A stretch of DNA of 64,000 nt from an uncultured Actinomycetota bacterium (GCA_963746175.1 CAVVAH010000004.1:511567-575566), one strand, 5' to 3'. Numbered from the stretch's first letter, positions 51,157 to 61,431 are shown. The notes: generated by a model not told the origin, from the sequence alone. Made by a program: numbers and translations.

Positions 51157-51447
51157 ATGACCGCGTTCCGCGTCACCCCGGCCGAGCTGCTCTCGCTGTC
51201 CCAGCAGGTCAACGGCACGTCCGGGAACATCGAGTCCGAGCTCGGCGGCCTGCGCAGCAAGGTGCTGCCGATCAGCGGCACCTGGGGCGGCGCCGCGCAG
51301 GAGCGGTTCCAGCAGCTGTACGACGACTGGAACCGCAACGCCAACGGTCTGCAGCAGGCGCTGGCCGGCATCAGCCAGCTGCTCTCGCAGGCCGGCCAGG
51401 GCTACGACGACACCGAGCGGCGGATCGCGGGGATGTTCAGCGGCTGA
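51157..51447 (+). CDS. WXG100/ESAT-6 family protein
   Basis: 96 aa; central TWGG; C-terminal YDDTE (YxxxE); CAGGAGG RBS. Confidence 0.92.
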   Translation: MTAFRVTPAELLSLSQQVNGTSGNIESELGGLRSKVLPISGTWGGAAQERFQQLYDDWNRNANGLQQALAGISQLLSQAGQGYDDTERRIAGMFSG

Positions 51448-51477
51448 CCGCCGCACCCGCCGCTCTCAGCCCCACAC

Positions 51478-51539
51478 CCACCGTGATCATGAAGGATCTT
51501 GCGCGGTCTAACGCCGACATCCCTTCATGATCACGGTGG
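51478..51539. repeat. GTGATC-terminated palindromic element (family C), followed by a degenerate copy at about 51550..51602
   Basis: Perfect 18-bp arms CCACCGTGATCATGAAGG / CCTTCATGATCACGGTGG. Confidence 0.85.
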
Positions 51540-51754
51540 TCCGGTGACACCGATCTGTGACGCCGGAGGATCTTGGCCGCAACGATTCCGTCACGATCAC
51601 GGGCCGACCCTCGGCACGGGACGGGCGCGTACGGCAGCGTGTCAGCGCACTGGCACACGGGCTCACCGGCCGATCATCTGATCGCCCCTCCATCACGACG
51701 CCCGCGGCACGCAGGCCGCCGGAGCACCGACCATCGTGAAGGGAGGCGCCGAGC

Positions 51755-54700
51755 ATGTCGCGGGGCGCCTCCGGGTCGGTGACCGTCGCCGCGCTGCGCC
51801 ACCGCCCCCGGCAGGCCCTCCTCGTCGTCGTCCTGGCGGCCGTGGTCACCGCCTCGGCCGCTCTCGGGCCGCTGTACGCCCGCGCGGTTGAGCAGTCCGT
51901 CCTGCGCAACGTCGTCGCCGACGCCCCCGCGACCAGCAGCACGCTGGTCGTGACCGACGCCTCGGACCAGCCCGCGTCGCCGGCGAGGCTGCAACGGCTG
52001 GTCCGGAGCGAGCTCACGCCGCAGTTCGGCCGACCGGTGCAGGGCGCCGAGGTCTCCGTCGTCCTCAGCACCCCGGCGGGCGAGTCGGGCAGGAGCCGGC
52101 TCACGAGCCGGGCCGGCGTCTGCGGCCACCTCGACGTCCTCGACGGCCGCTGCGCCCGGTCGGCCGGCGAGGCGATCGTCAGCGCTCGGGCGGCCGGGCA
52201 GCTCGGTGTCGGTCCCGGCGACGTCCTGCAGGTCCGCGCGAGCACGGCCGAGGGCGGCGTCCTGCGCACCGTGACGGTGGTCGGGACCTACGGCGCCCTC
52301 GACGAGTCCAGCGACTACTGGGCCGGCCGGGCCCGCCCGCCGACCGTGGCAAGGCCGCAGACCGACGCGGCCGTCCAGCGCACCGTCGACGACGTCATCA
52401 CCCCGTGGCCGACCCTGGCGGCCACGGCGTGGCCAGCCCTCCGGACCCACCTGGACGTGCCGCTCCGTGCCGAGCGGTTGAGCCTGGACAACCTCCCCCA
52501 GGTCCGAGCTGTGACTGCCGACGTCGATGACCGGGCCCGCACCGTCGGCGGAGCAGCAGTCAGCCCGATCAACGACCTGCTCGCCTCGACGACCGGTCAG
52601 CGCGACCAGGCCCGCACCGTCATCCCGCTGCTCGCCGTGCAGCTGGCGGTGCTCGGCATCGTCGTGCTGGCGTTCGTCTGCGCCGCCGCTGCCGAGCAGC
52701 GCCGTCCGGAGATCGCCCTGGCCAGGCTGCGCGGGCACGGGGTCCTCGGAGCCGCGGGCATGCTGCTGCGCGAGCTGGGGCTGCTCGTCGTCGCCGGTGC
52801 GATCCTCGGCTCCGGTCTCGGCTGGCTGGTCGGCGAGGGGGCGGCCCGCTGGTGGCTGGAGGCGGGGGTCCGCCCGGAGCTGCGGGCACCTGTCGTCCTC
52901 GCCGTCCTGGCGTCCGTCGTCGCCGGGCTGCTGGCCATCGTCGCCGCAGCCACACCGACCCTGCGTCAGCCGCTGACAGCGCTGCTGCGCCGGGTACCGC
53001 CGCGCGCGTCGTCGTTGCAGATCGGTCTCGTCGAGGGCGCCGTCGTCGCAGCAGCCGCGGCGGGACTGGTGACGCTGCTCTCCGGAGCGGGCGGCGGGAT
53101 CTCGCTGCTGGCACCCGGGCTGCTGGCGATCGCCGGTGGCCTGCTGCTGGCCCAGGCCACGATCCCCACCGCCGGCCCCCTCGCGCGGGCCGCGATGCGC
53201 CGTGGCCGGGTGCCCTGGGCGCTCGCGGGGCTGCAGATCGCCCGCCGTCCGGCGCTGCGCCGGCTGATCGCGATCATCACGGTGGCCTGCGCGCTGCTGG
53301 TCTTCGCCGTCGACGCCTGGTCGGTCTCGACCCGCAACCGCGAGACCCGCGCCGAGCTGGAGGCGGGCGCCCCGGTCGTCCTCACGGTCGACGCGACCAG
53401 TCCGACAGCGCTCCGCACCGCCGTGCTCGACATCGACCCGCACGGCCGGTTTGCGACCCCGGTCGTCGTCACCCACTCGGCGACTCCGGTCGGCCCCGTG
53501 ACGACCGCGGTCGAGCCGGCGGCGTTCCGGCGGATCGCGCAGTGGGCGCCCGGCACGAGGGTGCCCTCGCCACGCCGGATCCGTTCCCTCCAGCCGCCCG
53601 TCGTCGACCGCGTGCCGCTGGCTGCCGGCACCGGCCTCGCCGTCGACGCGCGCTGGACGGCGAAGCCCCTCGACCGGCCCGCCGGCGTGCGGGGCAACCT
53701 GCAGAAGCTCACGCTCTCGGTCAGCGTCACGCCCAGGGGCGAGGAGCCGCGCTACCTCTACCTCGGCCGCCTCCGCGCCGGCCGGCACGTCTACCGCGCG
53801 CCCTTCACGTGCGACGACTGCACCCTGACGTCGTTCGTCATCGCGCGCGAGTTCGGCGACTCGTACCCCGTCCGCGTCTCGCTGACCGTCGACAGGGTGA
53901 CCTTCGCCGGCCAGCCGGTGGACCTCGGGCCCAGCACTCCCGAGGCCTGGCAGGTCGGCAGCGAGCAGGCGTTCTTCAGCAGCGCCCGGGTCCGGCCCGG
54001 CCCACCGCTGACGATCGCCGACCGCGAGAGCTACGCCACCCTCGAGGTGCGCCGCGGTGACGTCCCGGCGCTCACCCCGGCCTTGATGGCGGGGAACCTG
54101 TCGCTGATGTTCCACGGCGGCCCCGACGACCCAGCATCGCCGCGCGTGGCGCCGGACCTGTCCGGTGGCGAGCACTTCTACAAGATCGTCGGACGCATCT
54201 CGCAGGTGCCGCGGTCCGGCCCGCGCGGCGTCGTCTCCGACCTGCGGTCGCTGATCGGTGCCTCGGCGCCCGGCGGCCTCACCACGACGTACGACGTGTG
54301 GCTGGCCGCCGACGACCCGGCCCGCGAGGCCCGGCTGCGCGCCAGGCTGGCCGACCACGGCCTGCTGGTCGTTGCACGCGACTCGACCGGGGAGCACGTC
54401 GCTGCGCTGGCCAGCGAGGGGCCGTCGCTGGCGCTCCGGCTCGCTCTGCTGGCCGGATTCGTCGCCGTCGTGCTCGCCGCGGCCGTGCTGGTCGTCGGCG
54501 TCGCGACGTCGGGTGCCAGCCGGGCCCGCGACCTGGCGGGACTGCGCCTGGTCGGCGTACCGGCCGCGACCGTGCGCCGGGCGTCGGTGCGCGAGCATCT
54601 GGTCGTGGCCGTGCTCGGGGTGCTCGCCGGGACGACCCTGGGGCTGGTCGCAGCGCAGGCGGCCCTGCCGGACATCCCGCTCTTCGCCCGCCCGGACCGG

Positions 54701-54847
54701 CTCGTGCCGCTGATGCTGGACCCGGCCTGGGGAGTGGTCGCCATGACCGCCGCCGGCTGTCTGCTGCTCCTCGGCGCGGTGTCGGTGGTCGTCGGCCGTG
54801 CGCTGGCCGCCGCGGCCGTTCCGGCGCGGCTGCGGGAGGGTCGATGA
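51755..54847 (+). CDS. Giant FtsX-like ABC permease 1
   Basis: Two FtsX-type TM clusters (EQRRPEIALARLRG; RARDLAGLRLVG) separated by large extracytoplasmic domains; 1030 aa. Confidence 0.85.
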   Translation: MSRGASGSVTVAALRHRPRQALLVVVLAAVVTASAALGPLYARAVEQSVLRNVVADAPATSSTLVVTDASDQPASPARLQRLVRSELTPQFGRPVQGAEVSVVLSTPAGESGRSRLTSRAGVCGHLDVLDGRCARSAGEAIVSARAAGQLGVGPGDVLQVRASTAEGGVLRTVTVVGTYGALDESSDYWAGRARPPTVARPQTDAAVQRTVDDVITPWPTLAATAWPALRTHLDVPLRAERLSLDNLPQVRAVTADVDDRARTVGGAAVSPINDLLASTTGQRDQARTVIPLLAVQLAVLGIVVLAFVCAAAAEQRRPEIALARLRGHGVLGAAGMLLRELGLLVVAGAILGSGLGWLVGEGAARWWLEAGVRPELRAPVVLAVLASVVAGLLAIVAAATPTLRQPLTALLRRVPPRASSLQIGLVEGAVVAAAAAGLVTLLSGAGGGISLLAPGLLAIAGGLLLAQATIPTAGPLARAAMRRGRVPWALAGLQIARRPALRRLIAIITVACALLVFAVDAWSVSTRNRETRAELEAGAPVVLTVDATSPTALRTAVLDIDPHGRFATPVVVTHSATPVGPVTTAVEPAAFRRIAQWAPGTRVPSPRRIRSLQPPVVDRVPLAAGTGLAVDARWTAKPLDRPAGVRGNLQKLTLSVSVTPRGEEPRYLYLGRLRAGRHVYRAPFTCDDCTLTSFVIAREFGDSYPVRVSLTVDRVTFAGQPVDLGPSTPEAWQVGSEQAFFSSARVRPGPPLTIADRESYATLEVRRGDVPALTPALMAGNLSLMFHGGPDDPASPRVAPDLSGGEHFYKIVGRISQVPRSGPRGVVSDLRSLIGASAPGGLTTTYDVWLAADDPAREARLRARLADHGLLVVARDSTGEHVAALASEGPSLALRLALLAGFVAVVLAAAVLVVGVATSGASRARDLAGLRLVGVPAATVRRASVREHLVVAVLGVLAGTTLGLVAAQAALPDIPLFARPDRLVPLMLDPAWGVVAMTAAGCLLLLGAVSVVVGRALAAAAVPARLREGR

Positions 54848-57800
54848 GGGCCGCCGCCCCCGCCGGCCGGGGCACCACATTGCGCCTCGCGGTCGCCGGC
54901 CTGTGGTTCCGGCGCAGCACCGCGCTGATCGTCCTGGTCCTCGCCACTGTCGCCAGCGCCGCGTCGGTCATCGCCCCGCTGTACTCGCGGGCGGCGGAGG
55001 AGTCCATCGTCCGCGACACCCTGAGCCGGGCCGACGCGTTCACGCTTTCCGTGCAGGTGGCGGTGCCCACGTCCGGCGCCGGTGTCGGCCTCGGGGCCGC
55101 CCAGCGCGGCGAGTTCGAGGTCCGCACGATGCACCGGATCCTCACCCACCCGGCCTTCGGCACGGCCCGGATGGCCTACTCCGGCAAGGGAAAGTACACG
55201 CCGACCGCAGGACCGTTCCAGGGCGGCGACGTCGTCGGGCAGGTCGTCGAGCGGGCCGGCGTCTGCGAGCACCTCCGGCTCGCCGCCGGCCGGTGCCCGT
55301 CCGCTCCGGACGAGGCCATCGTCACCCGGCGCAGCCTCGACCTGATCGGTGGCCGGATCGGCCGGGCGATGACGATCGACCTGCCGGACTCGCAGACCAT
55401 CGAGAACCTCGCGCCACCGTCGGTGCACGTCACGATCGTCGGCACGTTCGACCCGGTGCCGGTGCAGTCGCCGTACTGGGCCGGCCGGCCGTACTTCACG
55501 TCGTACTACCCGCAGGCCTCCCCGAACGGTCTCGGCGAGAACCCACCGACGGCCGACCCGATCTTCCTCGGCCCGGGCGGCGCCGCCGCCGGCCGCATCA
55601 CGACGTACACCGTCGACGTCCCGGTGCTGCCGGGCCGGGTCCGGCTCGACGACGCGACCGAGCTGCGGCAGCAGATCCGCCGGCTCGGCATCAAGAACGC
55701 CACCTACCAGCTCACCACCTACTCCCAGCTGCCGGCCGCGCTGGGTCGCGCGGACGACGGCCGTGAGCTGGTACGGATCGCCGCGCCGCTCGCCGTCACC
55801 CAGCTCGTGCTGCTGAGCTGGTGGACGCTGTACCTCGTCGTCGGGTCAGCGACCGAGGAGCGGTCGCCCGAGCTGGGGCTGGCGAAGCTGCGCGGCCTCA
55901 CCGCGCGGCAGACGCGACGGTTCGGGCTGGCCGAGATCTTCCTGCTGCTGCTGGTGGCCGCGCCGCTGGGCACCGTCGTGGGCTACCTGGCCGTCCGCGG
56001 CGCCGCGCCGCACGTGTTCGCCCCCGGCACCGAGGTGCTGCTCACCTGGTCGGTCCTCCTCACCGTCCTCGGCGCCGTCGCAGGCGGAATCGTCACCGCC
56101 GCGCTGTCCTCCCGCCAGGTCTTCAACCGCCCGGTGTCGGAGCTGCTGCGCCGGGTCCCACCGCGCCGGGCCGGTCGCAGGGCGGGCCTCGTCGAGGGCG
56201 TGGTCGTCGTGCTGGCGGTCGCCGGCGTCGTGCAGCTGGTGAGCGACCGCGGCGGTCGCCCCAGCCCGGTCGCCCTGCTGGCACCGGGCATGGTCGCGGT
56301 CGCCGGCGGCCTGCTCGCCGCCCGGGTGCTCGTGCGAGTCGCCCGTCGCCGGGCGGCACGGGCCCTGGACCGTGGCCGGGCCGCGGGCGCTGTCGGCTGG
56401 GCGGGCGTCGCCCGCCGGCCCGGCACCGCACGGATCGCCTCGGTCCTGGCGGTGGCGACCTGTCTGCTCATCGTCGGTGTCCAGGCCTGGACCGTGGCGG
56501 AGCGCAACAGATACGAGCGCGCCGCCGCCGAGACGGGCGCCGAGGTCGTGCTCCAGGTGCGCGCCCCGAGCCACCGGGCGCTGCTCGACGCGGTCCGCGC
56601 CGCCGATCGCGACGGGCACTATGCGATGGCCGCCGTGCAGGTGACGACGAGCAACCAGGAGGCGGCGCTGCTCGCCGTCGACTCGACCCGGGCCGACCGC
56701 ATCATCGAGTGGGGAGCGCCCGACGCGGCGCCGCACGACCCGGTGTCCGAGGTGCTGCGGCCACCGATGCCCGCCTCGATCCGGCTCGGCGCCGGTCGCC
56801 TCGACGCGGGTGTCGACCTGCAGTCGCTCGAGTCACCGACGCCGCTGCGCCTGACGGCCGCCGTGGATCACGGCGGCACGGTCGAGCGGATCGACCTCGG
56901 ACACCTGCGACGAGGCGCGCACACCTACGGCACGGACCTGCCGGCGGCCTGCGCCGAGGAGCAGTGCCGGCTGGTGTCGCTGGCCGTCGACCACCCCGGC
57001 ACCGACATCGAGAGCGCCACCGCCGACCTGGTGGTGACGGCGCTGGCCCTGACCCCGCCCGGCGGGACCGCGACCCGGCTGCCCGCAACGCTGGACACCG
57101 ACGGTGCCTGGCGGCCGGGCGCACCCACCATCGGCGGTCCCGAGGTGCAGCTGACGCCCGCCGACGACGGGCTGCACGCACGGGTCCACGTGCCCGGCGG
57201 TCCCTTCGCGGAGATCGTCCGCGGCGACTCGCCGGAGCCGCTGCCCGCCTACGCCGGCGCACCCGGCGGCGGCACCACGCCGGAGGAGGGCGACCTGCCC
57301 GTCGCGCAGACGACCGGCCTCGACGGGCGGTCGACCCGGTACTCGACAACTCACCCGGCGGCGTACATCCCGCGGCTCGGCCGCGACGCCACGCTGGTCG
57401 ACCTCGACCTCGCGCTGCGCCTGGACGAGGAGGCCGCGCTCGGCGACCGCGAGGTGTGGCTCTCGCGCGACGACCCCGCCGCCGAGGCCGCGCTGCGCCG
57501 GTCCCTGGCCAAGGCCGACATCACCGTGCAGCGCCGCGACACCCGCGGCGGCCTGGAGCGCGTCTACGCCGGCGACGGTGCCGTCCTGGCGCTGCGGCTG
57601 CTGCTCGTGTGCGGCGCCTCCGCCGTGCTCGTCGCCGTGGGCGCGCTCCTGGTCGCGGCGTACGTCGGCCGGCGCCAGCGGGCCTACGAGGTCGCCGCGC
57701 TGCGTGTGGTGGGTGTGCGCCGCCGCACGGTCCGTGCGCTGCTGCTCCGTGAGAACGTCGGGACCGTGCTCGTCGCGCTGGTCTGCGGGGCTGTCGCCGC

Positions 57801-58008
57801 GCTGGTCGCCACCTGGGTCGTGCTGCCGGCGCTGCCGCAGTTCGACGACCCGTCGGCGTTCGTCGAGGTGCGCTACGTGCCCGACGCCGCCACCGCCTGG
57901 GCCGCCGTCGGCGGTCTCGGCCTGCTCCTCGTCGGCGTCGGCCTGGCCGTCGCCGTGCTGCAGCTGCGCAGCGGTCGCGTCGACCGCCTGCGGGAAGGGG
58001 TCCGATGA
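54844..58008 (+). CDS. Giant FtsX-like ABC permease 2
   Basis: EERSPELGLAKLRG and RAYEVAALRVVG; ATG overlaps the permease 1 stop; same architecture as permease 1. Confidence 0.85.
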   Translation: MRAAAPAGRGTTLRLAVAGLWFRRSTALIVLVLATVASAASVIAPLYSRAAEESIVRDTLSRADAFTLSVQVAVPTSGAGVGLGAAQRGEFEVRTMHRILTHPAFGTARMAYSGKGKYTPTAGPFQGGDVVGQVVERAGVCEHLRLAAGRCPSAPDEAIVTRRSLDLIGGRIGRAMTIDLPDSQTIENLAPPSVHVTIVGTFDPVPVQSPYWAGRPYFTSYYPQASPNGLGENPPTADPIFLGPGGAAAGRITTYTVDVPVLPGRVRLDDATELRQQIRRLGIKNATYQLTTYSQLPAALGRADDGRELVRIAAPLAVTQLVLLSWWTLYLVVGSATEERSPELGLAKLRGLTARQTRRFGLAEIFLLLLVAAPLGTVVGYLAVRGAAPHVFAPGTEVLLTWSVLLTVLGAVAGGIVTAALSSRQVFNRPVSELLRRVPPRRAGRRAGLVEGVVVVLAVAGVVQLVSDRGGRPSPVALLAPGMVAVAGGLLAARVLVRVARRRAARALDRGRAAGAVGWAGVARRPGTARIASVLAVATCLLIVGVQAWTVAERNRYERAAAETGAEVVLQVRAPSHRALLDAVRAADRDGHYAMAAVQVTTSNQEAALLAVDSTRADRIIEWGAPDAAPHDPVSEVLRPPMPASIRLGAGRLDAGVDLQSLESPTPLRLTAAVDHGGTVERIDLGHLRRGAHTYGTDLPAACAEEQCRLVSLAVDHPGTDIESATADLVVTALALTPPGGTATRLPATLDTDGAWRPGAPTIGGPEVQLTPADDGLHARVHVPGGPFAEIVRGDSPEPLPAYAGAPGGGTTPEEGDLPVAQTTGLDGRSTRYSTTHPAAYIPRLGRDATLVDLDLALRLDEEAALGDREVWLSRDDPAAEAALRRSLAKADITVQRRDTRGGLERVYAGDGAVLALRLLLVCGASAVLVAVGALLVAAYVGRRQRAYEVAALRVVGVRRRTVRALLLRENVGTVLVALVCGAVAALVATWVVLPALPQFDDPSAFVEVRYVPDAATAWAAVGGLGLLLVGVGLAVAVLQLRSGRVDRLREGVR

Positions 58009-58030
58009 CGAACCACGCGAGGGCGGCGTC

Positions 58031-58909
58031 ATGACGGGCATCCCCGTCTCGGCGCACGGCCTGGTGCACATCTACCGGCTGGAGGGCAACGACGTGGTCG
58101 CCCTCTCCGGCGTCGACCTCGACGTCGCCGCCGGCGAGGTCGTCGGGCTGCTCGGACCGTCCGGGTCCGGCAAGTCGACGCTGCTCAACCTCTTCGCCGG
58201 CCTGCTCCGCCCCAGCGCCGGCCGCCTGACGGTCGGCCGGCACGAGATCGCCCGGATGGACGAGCGAGGCCTGGCCCGCATGCGCGCCGGTGACGTCGGG
58301 GTCGTGCTGCAGGGCGCGATGCGCAACCTGCTGCCGTACGCCAACCCGGTCGACAACGTGCGCTTCGCGCAGCGCGGCGCCCGCCGGCTGGCCAAGAGCG
58401 CCGACGACACGGTGCCGGTGCTGCTGCTCGAGCCGGAGGAGGTCCTCGAGCTGGTGGGGCTCGCCGACCACGCGCACACCTCGCTCACGAACCTGTCCCC
58501 CGGCCAGCGGCAGCGGCTCGCGGTCGGTGTCGGGCTGGCCGCCCGGCCGGGCCTGCTGCTGCTCGACGAGCCGACCAGCCAGCTCGACCACGAGGGCCGC
58601 GACGAGGTGCTCGCCGCCGTGATCGACATCAACCGCGACCTCGGCACCACGGTCGTCGCGGTGACGCACGATCCCGAGGTCGCCGAGCGGCTGCCGCGGA
58701 CGGTCACCATCCGCGACGGCCGGGTGGGCGCCGAGGGCCGTCGCGGCGAGGAGTACGCCGTGGTCGCGCGCGACGGCTCGCTGACGCTGCCGCCCGACGT
58801 GCTGGAGCGGGTGCCGCCCGGGTCGCTGCTGCGTGTCACGATCGTCGACGAGGACGCGGTCCGGCTGGACCGCACCGACACCGGCGCCGGAGAGGGGAGC
58901 GTGGCATGA
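58031..58909 (+). CDS. ABC transporter ATP-binding protein with C-terminal extension
   Basis: GPSGSGKS, LSPGQRQR, LLDEPTSQLD and VTHD. Confidence 0.92.
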   Translation: MTGIPVSAHGLVHIYRLEGNDVVALSGVDLDVAAGEVVGLLGPSGSGKSTLLNLFAGLLRPSAGRLTVGRHEIARMDERGLARMRAGDVGVVLQGAMRNLLPYANPVDNVRFAQRGARRLAKSADDTVPVLLLEPEEVLELVGLADHAHTSLTNLSPGQRQRLAVGVGLAARPGLLLLDEPTSQLDHEGRDEVLAAVIDINRDLGTTVVAVTHDPEVAERLPRTVTIRDGRVGAEGRRGEEYAVVARDGSLTLPPDVLERVPPGSLLRVTIVDEDAVRLDRTDTGAGEGSVA

Positions 58910-59619
58910 GCCGCCCAGCGCAGCCGCCGGAGGGACCGCCGCAGCCGGTCGAGGTCGTCGCCCGCGACGTGCACGTCGCCTACGACGGCCACGAGGTGCT
59001 CGCCGGGGTCGACCTGCGCGCCGTGCCGGGACGCATGGTCGCCGTGACCGGACCGTCGGGCGCCGGGAAGACCACCCTCCTGTGGGTGCTCGCCGGCCTG
59101 GTGCACCCGCAGCGGGGCGAGGTGCTGGTCGCCGGCGAGCCGCCCCGGGACCGCGACCACACCAGCGCCGCCGGCGTCGTGCTGATCCCCCAGGACAACG
59201 CGCTGGCCAGCGTCCTGACCGCCACCGAGAACGTCGTCGTCCCGCTGCTGGCCGGCGGCGTGGCACCCACCGAGGCCGGCCCACGGGCGTCCGCCGCCCT
59301 GGAGTCGGTGGGCCTGGGTGCCGCCGGGAACCAGCTCATCGAGGAGCTCAGCGGTGGCCAGCAGCAGCGGGTCGCGGTGGCCCGCGGGCTCGCCCAGCAG
59401 GGCACGGTGGTCCTCGCCGACGAGCCGACCAGCGAGCTGGACGCCGCCAACCGGGCTCGCGTAGTCGGCCTGCTGCGCGCCGAGGCCGACCGGGGCGCCG
59501 CCGTCGTCCTGGCCACCCACGACCCGGACGCCGCCGCCGAGTGCGACGCCGAGCTGCACCTCGACGCCGGCGAGGCCACCTGGGTGCGACCGCTCGAGGC
59601 CGTCGCCGCGGGTCGCTAG
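58906..59619 (+). CDS. ABC transporter ATP-binding protein
   Basis: GPSGAGKT, LSGGQQQR, LADEPTSELD and ATHD. Confidence 0.92.
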   Translation: MSRPAQPPEGPPQPVEVVARDVHVAYDGHEVLAGVDLRAVPGRMVAVTGPSGAGKTTLLWVLAGLVHPQRGEVLVAGEPPRDRDHTSAAGVVLIPQDNALASVLTATENVVVPLLAGGVAPTEAGPRASAALESVGLGAAGNQLIEELSGGQQQRVAVARGLAQQGTVVLADEPTSELDAANRARVVGLLRAEADRGAAVVLATHDPDAAAECDAELHLDAGEATWVRPLEAVAAGR

Positions 59620-59722
59620 CTCGTACGTTTCGACCGCTCCAGGGAGGCTAGGCTCACCTCATCATTCGCGGCCGTCCAGGACCCGGCGATCACGCGCAGG
59701 CTCTCCAGAAACGCGGCACGCC

Positions 59723-60739
59723 ATGACGGCTCCTCTCACGACCACGACCACCCCGACCCACGGCAGCGACTTCGCCGAGCTGTCGCGACGCATCAAGGCG
59801 GCGGGCCTGATGCACCGCCGCCCCGTCTACTACGCCGTGGCGATCACCACGACGGTCCTGCTCCTCGTGTCCGGCTGGGCCGTGCTGATCCTGGCCGGCC
59901 CGAGCTGGTGGCAGCTGCTGACGGCGGCGTTCCTCGGGGTGATGTTCACCCAGCTCGGCTTCCTCGGGCACGACGTCGGCCACAAGCAGGTGTTCCGGTC
60001 GCGACGCGTGACCTACGCGTTCGGCGTGCTGGCCGGCAACGCAGGCATCGGGCTCAGCTACGGCTGGTGGATGGACAAGCACAACCGGCACCACGCCCAC
60101 CCCAACGACCTCGAGCGGGACCCCGACGTGCGCGCCGGCGCCCTGGTCTTCGACGCCAGCCAGCGCCGCGGTCGGCGCGGCCTCGGCAGCATCCTCACGT
60201 CGGCGCAGGCGTACCTGTTCTTCCCGATGCTGCTGCTCGAGGGACTGCACCTGCACGTCGCGAGCTTCCGCGCCCTGCGCTCCGGAGGGGTGCGGACGCG
60301 GTGGCTCGAGGGCAGCCTGCTGCTCGTGCACGTCGCGGCGTACGTCGGTGTGGTGGCGCTCGTCCTCCCACTGTGGCAGGCGGTCGCGTTCATCGCCTTG
60401 CAACAGGCGGTCTTCGGTCTCTACATGGGTGTGTCCTTCGCCCCCAACCACAAGGGGATGCCGGTCGAGGGGCCCGACGACCACTGGGACTTCCTGCGCC
60501 GTCAGGTGCTCACCTCCCGCGACGTCAGGGGCAACCCGGTGGTCGACGTGGCCCTCGGCGGGCTCAACTACCAGGTCGAGCACCACCTCTTCCCGAGCAT
60601 GCCCCGGCCGTCGTTGCGCCGGGCGCAGCCCCTCGTGCGCGCCTTCTGCCACGAGCGTGGCGTGCGCTACGTCGAGACCGGTCTGCTCGCGTCCTACCGC
60701 CAGACGCTCGGCCACCTCGACGCCGTCGGCCGGGCCTGA
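59723..60739 (+). CDS. Membrane fatty acid desaturase
   Basis: His boxes HDVGH, HNRHH and QVEHHLFP. Confidence 0.92.
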   Translation: MTAPLTTTTTPTHGSDFAELSRRIKAAGLMHRRPVYYAVAITTTVLLLVSGWAVLILAGPSWWQLLTAAFLGVMFTQLGFLGHDVGHKQVFRSRRVTYAFGVLAGNAGIGLSYGWWMDKHNRHHAHPNDLERDPDVRAGALVFDASQRRGRRGLGSILTSAQAYLFFPMLLLEGLHLHVASFRALRSGGVRTRWLEGSLLLVHVAAYVGVVALVLPLWQAVAFIALQQAVFGLYMGVSFAPNHKGMPVEGPDDHWDFLRRQVLTSRDVRGNPVVDVALGGLNYQVEHHLFPSMPRPSLRRAQPLVRAFCHERGVRYVETGLLASYRQTLGHLDAVGRA

Positions 60740-60854
60740 CTCTGAAGCAGGTTGGCGGTGGCTCAGCGGGTTGTCGTCGGGCTCAGAGCGGCCCGGACGA
60801 CGAGGCCGGACGGCCCACCGTCCCCGCCGACCCGTCGTCGTCGGACTGGCGCCG

Positions 60855-60903
60855 AAGTGGCCCCGCCAACGGGGCGGAATCCACCACCGCAGCGGGGCCA
60901 CTT
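60855..60903. repeat. Palindromic dispersed repeat family A, copy 4
   Basis: AAGTGGCCCCGC...GCGGGGCCACTT; its core CGGAATCCAC.ACCGCA is shared with copy 1. Confidence 0.85.
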
Positions 60904-60936
60904 GGCTCTTTCGCCCGCCGGGCTTCGCGGATGCGC

Positions 60937-61428
60937 TCAGCCGACCGGGTGGCCCTCCTCGAGCTCGGCCGTCTCGCCGCTGGCCATCGCCGCGATCGCG
61001 GCCCGCAACCGGCGGCTGAAGAACGGCGTGGTGCGCGCCTCGACCTCGGCCCCGTCGCAGAACCGCCACGACGCGAGCTCGTCGCTCGGGAGCACGATCT
61101 GTGCGGTGTCGACGGGGCTGCCCGCGTAGAGCAGCATCAGGCCGTCGTCCGGGCGGCGGCCCGGCGGGACCCAGTCGACGACGAGCAGCCGCCCGACCGC
61201 CACCGCGACACCGAGCTCCTCAAGGCACTCACGGGCTGCGCCGGCTCGCGGTGACTCGTTCGCCTCGACCATGCCGCCCGGGACCTCCCAGCCGGGTTTG
61301 TAGGTCGGCTCGACCAGCAGCACCCGCCCCGCGTCGTCGACGAGGACCACCCCGGCACCCACCCGCTTGCGCGGCAGGGCCGCCCAGACCGCCGGGTCGA
61401 CCTCGTTGGGCGTGGGGTCGACCGCCAC
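60937..61428 (-). CDS. NUDIX hydrolase
   Basis: PGGMVEANESPRAGAARECLEELG NUDIX box. Confidence 0.9.
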   Translation of the reverse strand: MAVDPTPNEVDPAVWAALPRKRVGAGVVLVDDAGRVLLVEPTYKPGWEVPGGMVEANESPRAGAARECLEELGVAVAVGRLLVVDWVPPGRRPDDGLMLLYAGSPVDTAQIVLPSDELASWRFCDGAEVEARTTPFFSRRLRAAIAAMASGETAELEEGHPVG

Positions 61429-61431
61429 CCG

